From a virus, in the IMG/VR virus record IMGVR_UViG_3300008954_000007: DNA of 64,000 bases. One strand, given 5' to 3'. The notes beneath the pieces were generated by a model. That model was not told the DNA's origin, ran no database searches, and saw nothing but the letters and a program-made list of their open reading frames with translations. Shown here piece after piece: positions 30,831 to 39,176 of this stretch; the first letter of the stretch is position 1; the number at the start of each line of letters is the position of its first letter. Made by a program: the position numbers and the translations under genes.

Positions 30831-31046
30831 TTATTCTTCATATGCTATGATTGCTCCCATGTTCCACCAGGTTTCATACCTATAGCTAAAGCCATATTGA
30901 GACAACACTTCTACTACTATCTCTAACATCCTATTACTATTACCTGTAACAATCTTAAATGATGCCTCAGTTGTTAATAGTATATGGTCTTCCACCACAT
31001 TATATACATTACTATGTCTCACACCATGTAAATTCAAACATAACAT
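30831..31046 (-). CDS. small protein embedded in the array
   Basis: A7GGAGTC leader; TAA overlaps an ATGCCAA repeat. Confidence 0.6.
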   Translation of the reverse strand: MLCLNLHGVRHSNVYNVVEDHILLTTEASFKIVTGNSNRMLEIVVEVLSQYGFSYRYETWWNMGAIIAYEE

Positions 31047-31275
31047 GAGTTGACTCCTTTTTTTGTGTTTGGTGTAAATTTTCTAAATTAGTTCATATTT
31101 CATGTCTTGGCATTAAGGTAGTGTTCAACGTTTTGACATTTAGCGCATCAGAAAAAGGATATGTATCAAGCCTTTAGATTGGCATTTAAAAAGCCTAAAG
31201 AAATTGGAGATTTGGTACGATTTGACAATCCAATTTAGAAGATCTTGGCAACTAAGTGCTCCCTTTAAAATAAAT

Positions 31276-31386
31276 AAAAAGTGTTTGTAGGGTCAAACAG
31301 GAATCGCTTTCAAAATGAAAGGCTTACATTCCCTAACCTAATGGATGATGCCCCACCCATTTGTGTTTTTGTCATTTATAATTGCA
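31276..31386 (-). ncRNA. omega-RNA-like scaffold copy 3
   Basis: same scaffold with compensatory changes. Confidence 0.75.
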
Positions 31387-31943
31387 TCATTGAGGGGATT
31401 ACTCAACTCATAGTCTTTGACATTTTTTTGAAGGCCAATCAGCTATTGACATTGACTTTTTCGCTTCATCCTCACCAACTAGCTCCACTAAACTTTGAAC
31501 AGCTAGATTTTGTTTAACTCTAAATTCTTTTGGTAGTTCATTAATTACTAACATAATTCTTTCTACTTCTGAAAGAGAAGCATAATAGATCCTATATTCA
31601 TCTACCTTAAACATCCAACTTCTAAGGGATTCTTTCTTAGGGTTAAATACAGTTTCATTAATCTTCAATTGGCATTCTACCTATTAATGTGTTGGCATCT
31701 GGCTTAGTTTCTTGACATTTAACTTAAGTTGTTCAAGAGAATTGGCATTAACATTCAGCAATCTTTATCCTTGGCATTACACGTTATGGTGTACTAACAT
31801 GGCACTAGGGATAAGTTTACGAACACTCCTGACATCGACTTGGCATATACCCCCATTGGGCCAACACCTTTGTTGACATTATTAGTCAGCGCAGGAAAAA
31901 CTCAGCAAAATGTGTTTGTCTTATTTGGCATCATACAATCCCT

Positions 31944-32074
31944 TAAATGACAAAAAAGAAAAAGTGTTTGTAGGGTCAAACAAGAATAGCTCTTCAAAAG
32001 AAAAGTCTTACATCCTCTAACCTAATGGATGATGCCCCACCCATTTGTATTTTTGTCATTTATGATTTCAGTAT
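31944..32074 (-). ncRNA. omega-RNA-like scaffold copy 4
   Basis: same scaffold, closed by TAAATGACAAAAA/TTTTTGTCATTTA. Confidence 0.75.
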
Positions 32075-32376
32075 GAGAAGATCCTGTATGATTGACATGT
32101 TTATACTGATTGACATTCTAGATTACTTTATTTGGCAATTTATGCTTTGACATTATCAACCAATCCAAATTGACATTCAGCACTTAGTGATTTTGACATC
32201 TACGATAAACCATCACCAACGAATACTTGACATTGAAACTATCCTTTTTCAATTACAATTGCCATCTAGAAGATCTTGGTTGACATTTTTCAAGTCATAT
32301 TGGCATCATACTTCTTTGGCATTGTATCTACGTGTAGTGTTGTTGGCATCTGCTGTTCAAGCCAAACTCCTTGGCA

Positions 32377-33672
32377 TTAAGAAGCTTTTTTTATCTTTTC
32401 CTTTTGCTTCCACAATTGATAGTGTGGTCTAATGTGCTTCTGAAAGTCTTTCTTGTTGACGTTCTCTACACTCATCTCATTAGAACCAAACATCAATATG
32501 TTTATACTGGCATTTCTATCTCTATCATGATGAGCACTACAAGATTCGCAATCCCATTCTCTTATCTCCAGGGTTAGTTCCTTATTGACTTCACCACAAT
32601 TAGAGCATGTCTTAGAAGAAGGGTAGTATCTTTCTATAAAATGAACCATCTTATCTTTCTTCAAAGCTATTTGCTTCATCTTATCTACAAAACTAGCAAA
32701 GGATAGGTCATTTACTTTCTTACCCCACAGCATTTGCATACCTTTGATGTTTAGATCCTCAAAGAAGATATAGTCATATTGGTCTGCTATTTGATTAGCC
32801 AGTTTCCACTGGAAATCATTTCTTTGATTACGAATTTTCCTATGTAATCTAGCTAGATTTTCCTTAGCTCTTTTACGATTTCCAGATCCTTTCTTCTTTC
32901 TTGATAGGCTTTTACTAGCTACCTGTATTTTCTTTAGGGTTTCCTTAAAGAAAAGTGGAGACTCAATATCTTTCAAATCAGATGAAGTTAAGAACTTTTT
33001 AAGACCAAAATCAAACCCCACAGCTTGTCTAGTAAAGCTAGTATCTATCTTCTCTACATAGTCTGTTACTATGCTCATATAGTAGTCGTCTAGAGTATCT
33101 CTTTTAATAGTAATAGTTTTAATATTACCTAACACTTCTCTAGATTTGAAATAGTAGTACTTCCTATAATAGCCATTTTTAGCCCTATAGTCGTTTTCCC
33201 TTTTCATATCTATTTCAATAGAGTTGTTAGAGTTCAATCTCCAACCTTTGGGTAAGTTTTTTCCATCTGTAGAGTTCTTATTAGGTGGTCTTACACCCAG
33301 CATAAAGGAATTATACCTATCTCTACCCTTAAAGGTAGGAGTTCCAGTATCCTTAATACCTTTCTTCTGATCAGAATAGAATCTTTTGTACCCTACATCA
33401 ATCTTTTTAAGTATTTGAGTCCTGGTAACTGAATTTATCATGTTCCAGAAAGCATACTTACCATTAGGGTGGTCTTTCATCTTATTCATATGCCTACTCA
33501 ACTGGTACATACTAAGATGTTTCTTCCCTTCTGGAAAGTGATTTTTAAATAACCTATACCTTCTTTTATGCACAGCTATGGCATGATTATAGTAGTGCCT
33601 ACACATACCTATAATCCTATCAAGTTCCCTTAAGTGTGGGCTTCTATGCATCTTAAACTGGTATGTTTTCAT
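32377..33672 (-). CDS. tnpB: IS200/IS605-family TnpB RNA-guided endonuclease
   Basis: KTYQFKM N-terminus, RuvC-I GFDFGL, RuvC-II FEDL, PSSKTCSNC..CESC zinc ribbon, RuvC-III DRDRNASINI; all three acidic residues intact. Confidence 0.95.
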   Translation of the reverse strand: MKTYQFKMHRSPHLRELDRIIGMCRHYYNHAIAVHKRRYRLFKNHFPEGKKHLSMYQLSRHMNKMKDHPNGKYAFWNMINSVTRTQILKKIDVGYKRFYSDQKKGIKDTGTPTFKGRDRYNSFMLGVRPPNKNSTDGKNLPKGWRLNSNNSIEIDMKRENDYRAKNGYYRKYYYFKSREVLGNIKTITIKRDTLDDYYMSIVTDYVEKIDTSFTRQAVGFDFGLKKFLTSSDLKDIESPLFFKETLKKIQVASKSLSRKKKGSGNRKRAKENLARLHRKIRNQRNDFQWKLANQIADQYDYIFFEDLNIKGMQMLWGKKVNDLSFASFVDKMKQIALKKDKMVHFIERYYPSSKTCSNCGEVNKELTLEIREWDCESCSAHHDRDRNASINILMFGSNEMSVENVNKKDFQKHIRPHYQLWKQKEKIKKAS

Positions 33673-33675
33673 ATC

Positions 33676-33984
33676 TTAACCCTTAAATGGCTTACTCCTA
33701 AGAGAAAATGAACCATCATATGGTACAGCTTGTTTTTTTCTTTCTTTAGGTCTAGCTTCTACTACTTTAAGAGGTCTACCAAAAAGTTCCCTTTGATCCA
33801 TTTCAGACATAGCTATCTTAGCTTGTTCTTCATTAGGCATTTCTACAAACCCAAATCCTCTAGATCTACCAGTTTCCCTATCTATTATTACCTTAGCTGA
33901 ATCAACATCACCAAAAGGAATAAATATATCCTTTAGACCACTATCGTCTATTGCCCAATCTAAATTTGCAACGTATATGTTCAT
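33676..33984 (-). CDS. RRM (RNP-1) RNA-binding protein
   Basis: RNP2 IYVANL, RNP1 RGFGFVEM, GRPLKVVEARP. Confidence 0.93.
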   Translation of the reverse strand: MNIYVANLDWAIDDSGLKDIFIPFGDVDSAKVIIDRETGRSRGFGFVEMPNEEQAKIAMSEMDQRELFGRPLKVVEARPKERKKQAVPYDGSFSLRSKPFKG

Positions 33985-33986
33985 AA

Positions 33987-34634
33987 TTAAACTATTAGAG
34001 ACTTTCCTCTTTGCTTATCAATTGTAATAACTTTATCTGCACTAAATTGCAGATTTTCTTTGTGACTAACTAAAACTATTTGCATATCTAACTTATCACA
34101 CATTTGTCTTAAAAAGGCAGACGCTTGCTCTAAATACTCTTTAGATAAAAACTTTAAACTTTCATCTAATATAATAGTCTGTTGACCTTTAGCTAAATAA
34201 ACAAAAACCACTTTAAACACTAAAGATATAATGTCATTCATTCCACCACCACAAGATTTCTGTGGGTCTAGAAGATTACCATCTTCAGTGATCAAGACAT
34301 TAATAGCAGGTTGATTTCTATAGTTTTCTAATTGAATTTGAAACTTAATGTTCTTTTCAAATATTTTAGTTAACGCTTCAGTTAACAAGTTATTGAAAAT
34401 ATTGCATATCCCAACCCTATACTCTGCAGATACCTTGGAGAGGAATTCTCTAAGTTCATTATGTGTTTCTATATCTTCTTTATTAGTCTTACGTTTTTCA
34501 TAATTATTATTAAGCTGGCTTTCTATTTCTTGTTGTTTATATTTGTATTTTCCTATTAGTTCAACAAAATCTTTAACAGATTCTTTATGTTGTTCTAAGG
34601 CTATAATATCCCTTTTATTATTTCTATTAACCAT
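33987..34634 (-). CDS. sbcC: SbcC/Rad50-like ATPase, C-terminal half
   Basis: coiled coil, signature SCGGG, Walker B IILDE, H-loop VSH. Confidence 0.85.
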   Translation of the reverse strand: MVNRNNKRDIIALEQHKESVKDFVELIGKYKYKQQEIESQLNNNYEKRKTNKEDIETHNELREFLSKVSAEYRVGICNIFNNLLTEALTKIFEKNIKFQIQLENYRNQPAINVLITEDGNLLDPQKSCGGGMNDIISLVFKVVFVYLAKGQQTIILDESLKFLSKEYLEQASAFLRQMCDKLDMQIVLVSHKENLQFSADKVITIDKQRGKSLIV

Positions 34635-34870
34635 TTAAACACCTGTATAAATCCTAGTATCCCACAAAGTATTCCAAACAATACGCCAACACTCATAAAG
34701 GTGATAACTGCTATAGCACCCTTGCTGCTTGGCTTTTCTTCTTCTTCAAACATTCTATGTAGTAGGTTCTCTTCAGCTTTTTTCCTATCTCTTTCTTGTT
34801 TCAAGGTAAGTGCTTCAGAATCCTTTTGAAAGTTTTCTATGTCTTGTCTAATTTGATTTATTTTATCCAT
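34601..34870 (-). CDS. small membrane protein
   Basis: coiled coil plus C-terminal TM. Confidence 0.55.
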   Translation of the reverse strand: MDKINQIRQDIENFQKDSEALTLKQERDRKKAEENLLHRMFEEEEKPSSKGAIAVITFMSVGVLFGILCGILGFIQVFKWLIEIIKGIL

Positions 34871-34929
34871 AGTGATTAAATTGCCCCCTTATTAAGGGGG
34901 CAATCATATTGTACAACAATGGACAATGA

Positions 34930-35799
34930 TTAGAAGGGTGGAGCTTCATTATCTAGCTCTGTATCAGAGCCTTTCATTAGTTGTTCAATCTCTCCAGCAA
35001 TTGCATCTCCACCTACTTCAACTTTTGTTTCTTCAGGTGAGAAGGTTGCAGTTCCAGTAGAAACTCTAGAGTGAACTTCATTACAAAGTGCAATAATCTC
35101 ATCTCTATCTAGGATTTTATAGTAATCTTTTAAATCAAACTTCTCTCCATGCTCCTTAATAGCTCCTACTTCTTCTTCTGTTAAGGGGGAGTTGGTTTGA
35201 TTAGGTAGTATTTCAAACCTATTAGCACCAGATGCTTGCTTATGATATCGTAATAGAATGTCATAACCATTATCTGGACAAGTGGGATCGCCACGACTAA
35301 AGCCTTCATCTTCAGTATCAGGAACTAGCTTAAGCAACTTATCCCAAGCTGATTTCTTAAAAGATGCTATACCTATAGAAGACATCATTTCTATCTTTTG
35401 TTCTTCACGATTAAAGGCTAACAAGTTAGCTTGAAACACATTGCGTTGTGGTGTTGCGTTTGCTCCCCAGGAAGCAGGTGGTTCTTTAAAAGAAATAAAA
35501 GGTAGCTCATCATGATCTTGACCTTTCATTTGTAGATCATAAACTTCATCTAAGGGGCAAGTTCTCATGGGTTCAGGAGTAAGCTTTATCTCATCAAATT
35601 CAGGGTAATCATAGTTAATACATGGCAACATTAATGTTTGGGTGTTACCATCCATTTTTTCTACTTGAATATAATGAATCATTCTTCTAATCGCACCACC
35701 AAATAATCTTAGTCTAGGAGTATCATCCCATTTCCAAAAATTTGGACGCTCAGTGTTTACTCTGTTAGAAGTTTGTGGTTTAATTCCAATTAAACTCAT
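34930..35799 (-). CDS. probable gp32-like single-stranded DNA-binding protein
   Basis: H..C..CPLD, GDPT..DNGYDI, acidic tail ending in PPF. Confidence 0.6.
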   Translation of the reverse strand: MSLIGIKPQTSNRVNTERPNFWKWDDTPRLRLFGGAIRRMIHYIQVEKMDGNTQTLMLPCINYDYPEFDEIKLTPEPMRTCPLDEVYDLQMKGQDHDELPFISFKEPPASWGANATPQRNVFQANLLAFNREEQKIEMMSSIGIASFKKSAWDKLLKLVPDTEDEGFSRGDPTCPDNGYDILLRYHKQASGANRFEILPNQTNSPLTEEEVGAIKEHGEKFDLKDYYKILDRDEIIALCNEVHSRVSTGTATFSPEETKVEVGGDAIAGEIEQLMKGSDTELDNEAPPF

Positions 35800-36085
35800 A
35801 GTTAAAGACCTCTATTCATTTTTAAAATTAATAAATCTCTCTCTGCTTCCAAAAGAAGCAGAGAGAGAATTCAGTTTAGTGGGTTCTGACAACACTAAAA
35901 CTAGATACTTGAGTAAGTATCTAACCTATAGTACAACATTTTTTAGAGCTTTTGTGCTGAAAACATGAAAAAAATAAAAACAATAAAAAAACCCCACCTT
36001 TTGGATGGGGTTTTTGTTCAACTTTAACTAATCTAGTTGGGTTACCATAGCCATGATAAATCCCACAGCAAACAAATAAATTATA

Positions 36086-37741
36086 CTACATATCACCTAT
36101 AGGTTCAATAGGCTCTTGATGCTTAACCCTTTCATTCAGTATTTCATTAATTTTTTGTTCTAGTTTGTTTTCAAAGGGGTCATCAATTCTTTCATCTATA
36201 ATGTCATTAATCTTATTCTTGAATTCAAATTCTCTTTCCTCTAGTTTCTTCTTACTTAAATTCTTAGGGATATAAATATCATCTCTAGTTAATGTTGTAT
36301 CTGAAGGGATGGAGTATGGTTGAGTTAATCCTTCTATCTCATTGTTCACTCCAGCCATTATACTATTCATCTCACTACCCTCTAGTTTATCTAATCCAGA
36401 AGGTATGCCTTGCTTAAGGGCAACTTTTAGTGGGATATTTCCCCAAGATACAGGTTTAAGACCTAATCTTTTCTCCCTGACATAATTAATAGTGATAACA
36501 CCTTCTGATAACATCTGTTTATCAATTTCCCACTGTTCATCTTGATCTAGTTCAGGTTCTATACCCCAATCAACATAGATGTCTTTAAAACCAAAACCAC
36601 CTTGGTGACCCATCATTGGATTGGGTTGTGACCATATTAACTCAGAATTAAAATGATAAGCGAAAGTGTTAAGTTGTGGAACTAAAGCGTCTTTTTCAAA
36701 TTGAGCTTGTTGTCTTTCTGAATTTAGCTTTCCAGTATTGGGAGTTACCATACCTAATACTAGTGGTTGCATATTGAAGACAGACATTATTTGTTCTAAC
36801 ATCCATTGGGAATATTGCTTAAAAGACATCTCATTTGGAGCTAAACCAACCTTATCTATCTTAACAGACCCCTCACCTTCTCCTGTGCTTATTAGGATGG
36901 GTCTGTGAGGCTTTCCTTTCAAATGTCTATCCCAATACTTCTGATATTCTTCTAAACGCTCTAAGGAGACATTTTGAAACATTACAGCTAGTCTAGGAGT
37001 GGCATCATTAGCAAACAACTCTGAGTTATAGTTCTCCACTCTTTGAGCATTGACCACTGTTTTACATAGCGTCTCTATTTTAGATGTTCCATATGGGGTT
37101 CCACTTCTAGGATTCATTATCATATAAAGAATTTCATCAATACTATACCAAACACCTTGAGAGTCGTTCTCCCCTTTCTCATAGTACGCTTTCTTGAAAT
37201 TCTTAAAGGAACCAGTTTTATCAGTATTTAATACGAAGTCTGCACCATGTGCAGCGTATATTTCTTTGGGCTTACCTTTTTTATCTCTAACTACTTCAAT
37301 AGCTCCAGCATCGTACATCAATAAGTCTCTATCAATTTTAGCCCTAATAGAATTAAATGACTCTCTAGATGAATTAGGGTTAGTTAACAATTCTGCTACT
37401 TGTTCTATATGTTTCATTTGATCATCTGTTATCTGGATAGACGATGATACATCTGAATAAGCATATTCGATAGGTAGTATTTTAGGTGGAACTAAATTTA
37501 ATCTAGTAGTAATTTTGTCTACACAGGCTCTTATCCAGGTATTTCGTTCATAGATGGTTCTCATCTCTTTGAACGTTAATCGACCAACAGTTTCTCTGTG
37601 CATTGAATCTATAGTAGATTCACTTAATAAAGATCTACGCTTTCTTCTTTTAGCTAGATTGGGTTTTTTAGTGACCCTAGCCATTCTAGATGGTCTTATC
37701 AGATTGATTACAGAAGGAGCGTTCTTGCTAAAAGAAATCAT
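36086..37741 (-). CDS. portal protein
   Basis: R...G.P.E, NPR...PYG.S.IE, F.N.A.P, M.F, G.ITIN.VR..LGL.PV..G motifs; adjacent to terminase. Confidence 0.88.
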   Translation of the reverse strand: MISFSKNAPSVINLIRPSRMARVTKKPNLAKRRKRRSLLSESTIDSMHRETVGRLTFKEMRTIYERNTWIRACVDKITTRLNLVPPKILPIEYAYSDVSSSIQITDDQMKHIEQVAELLTNPNSSRESFNSIRAKIDRDLLMYDAGAIEVVRDKKGKPKEIYAAHGADFVLNTDKTGSFKNFKKAYYEKGENDSQGVWYSIDEILYMIMNPRSGTPYGTSKIETLCKTVVNAQRVENYNSELFANDATPRLAVMFQNVSLERLEEYQKYWDRHLKGKPHRPILISTGEGEGSVKIDKVGLAPNEMSFKQYSQWMLEQIMSVFNMQPLVLGMVTPNTGKLNSERQQAQFEKDALVPQLNTFAYHFNSELIWSQPNPMMGHQGGFGFKDIYVDWGIEPELDQDEQWEIDKQMLSEGVITINYVREKRLGLKPVSWGNIPLKVALKQGIPSGLDKLEGSEMNSIMAGVNNEIEGLTQPYSIPSDTTLTRDDIYIPKNLSKKKLEEREFEFKNKINDIIDERIDDPFENKLEQKINEILNERVKHQEPIEPIGDM

Positions 37742-37986
37742 TCTTCTTCACCTATAGTTTCTTCATCTTGGACATTAGTAGGAATCATTATTTTATCATT
37801 CATGTAAGCAGAATAGAAGCTTATTCCTACAAATATAATTGCAGATTGTAGTTTTCCTTCTAAAGTTTTTATGATTGATAAAATTAAACACGATATGAAA
37901 CAGACAGCAGTAATAAATTTTAATAAAGTATCTAGGTCGAATTTACTCAAGATAGCCCATAAACCCACCATCGCTTGCTTTAGCAT
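37738..37986 (-). CDS. small membrane protein (holin-like topology)
   Basis: two hydrophobic segments. Confidence 0.45.
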   Translation of the reverse strand: MLKQAMVGLWAILSKFDLDTLLKFITAVCFISCLILSIIKTLEGKLQSAIIFVGISFYSAYMNDKIMIPTNVQDEETIGEEE

Positions 37987-38971
37987 ATTGTTTTATATTT
38001 ACAACCACACCAGCTATAGACTGTATTAAATCATGTGACCCCCCTAAAGGATGATCATACTTATCCTCAATTCTTTCTAGCTGTCTAAGCTCTTTGTGTG
38101 GTAAGTTTTCTTTCCCCTCAGATGTATTGATGTAGAATGGATATAAATGTATTCTCTGACCATAGATAGATTTGACCAATTCATCAAATGGTTCTGAGGT
38201 TTTATCTATAGATAGCACTTCAGAGTCTATACCAAATGTTTTCATAGACTGTATGAAATCAGCAGATTGATAGCCATCTAAAGTAACCCTTCTAATATTA
38301 AAACCTCTGTCCAACATATCAAAAAGTATTTGCCTAATAGTAACTAGTTGAACAGGGTTTTCCTGATATCCTTTAAAGCTGGCTATTAAATCAAACACAA
38401 TAATAGGTTCTTTTATTCTTCTTTTTCCACCAGTAACATTTCTATATTCTGTTTCTTTCCAGCCTATAGCATGACCTACAGCTAAACCTAGTCTATCTCT
38501 TGTTAGACCTATATCAACATGAGCGTATCTAGATATTCCCCTAGATGGATTAGCAAAACCAGGAGAAAACAATGTAGTTGTTATTTCTCCATTAGGTTGT
38601 ACATAAGGGTTTTTAACTATTGGGTGTTTAACGTCTTTTAGTCTTATAAAAGATTGATCAATAAACTTATGGTGTGGTATTGCTGGAGAAACAGCGTCTA
38701 TAGGATTCGCCCCAAAGTCTCTATTAGCGTTAGAGGGATTCCTAAAAAACTCATCGTAGAAGTTTTCAATATTTAATTCATCACGCATCTTCCATGTAGG
38801 AGCTTGTATAACTATAGAAGAATCTAGACGATGCATTTTTATATCATAGTCAAACTTCTCTTTTATGGATTCAGGTGTTAAACCAGATCTTCTAGAATCG
38901 TCAGTATCAAAAGTAAATATAGCATCTAAGTCTATATCTACATTTTGAGTATTTACTTTTTCAGTTGCCAT
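37943..38971 (-). CDS. terL: terminase large subunit, C-terminal nuclease half
   Basis: APTW, RDFGANP, HVDIGLTRD, TLDGYQS, DHP.GGSHD RNase H-like motifs. Confidence 0.82.
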   Translation of the reverse strand: MATEKVNTQNVDIDLDAIFTFDTDDSRRSGLTPESIKEKFDYDIKMHRLDSSIVIQAPTWKMRDELNIENFYDEFFRNPSNANRDFGANPIDAVSPAIPHHKFIDQSFIRLKDVKHPIVKNPYVQPNGEITTTLFSPGFANPSRGISRYAHVDIGLTRDRLGLAVGHAIGWKETEYRNVTGGKRRIKEPIIVFDLIASFKGYQENPVQLVTIRQILFDMLDRGFNIRRVTLDGYQSADFIQSMKTFGIDSEVLSIDKTSEPFDELVKSIYGQRIHLYPFYINTSEGKENLPHKELRQLERIEDKYDHPLGGSHDLIQSIAGVVVNIKQYAKASDGGFMGYLE

Positions 38972-39168
38972 TTTCCACTACCAAAAAATCCTCTTTTTTC
39001 AATAGTTGGTTTTCCCTTTTTTTCCCAACGTTTCTTAGCTCTATCTAATTCATTCTTAGTAAATAAGAAATTAGCATGGCTATATTCTTTCATACCTTTA
39101 GTACTTTCTAGCAAATAATAAATGTTAGTTTCACCTATATTGAACTCTTCTTCATTAGAATAAATCAT
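38953..39168 (-). CDS. small protein between terminase halves
   Basis: AGGAG RBS, 71 aa. Confidence 0.55.
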   Translation of the reverse strand: MIYSNEEEFNIGETNIYYLLESTKGMKEYSHANFLFTKNELDRAKKRWEKKGKPTIEKRGFFGSGKWQLKK

Positions 39169-39176
39169 TGTAACTC

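Larger units (their letters stand above)
29937..32377 (-). CRISPR. CRISPR-like array of ultra-short ATGYCAA repeats with variable spacers, linked to TnpB
   Basis: about 41 exact TTG(A/G)CAT on + strand, one orientation, mostly 15-35 bp apart, starting at the tnpB stop codon; not a canonical CRISPR repeat. Confidence 0.7.

Noticed and set aside
32200-32370. Self-targeting spacers within this window
   Set aside because: Only 10-12-nt matches were noticed by eye (e.g. near 726 and 58593), which is compatible with chance; needs a computed search
29937-32377. Array as a bank of sigma70 -35 boxes (TTGACA) or replication iterons
   Set aside because: Over half the copies are TTGGCAT, no consistent -10 follows, spacing is irregular, and the C/T variation, tnpB-stop overlap and scaffold loop complementarity fit an RNA role better; not formally excluded
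29937-32377. Canonical CRISPR array
   Set aside because: No 23-47-bp repeat, no constant spacer length, no cas1/cas2 in the window
30307-32577. Short ORFs 30307-30504, 31281-31517, 32187-32432 and 32371-32577
   Set aside because: They overlap repeats, scaffolds or tnpB antisense and lack an RBS; likely spurious
32377-33672. Active IS200/IS605 transposon
   Set aside because: No tnpA, no recognisable end hairpins, and the gene is tightly embedded in a phage operon
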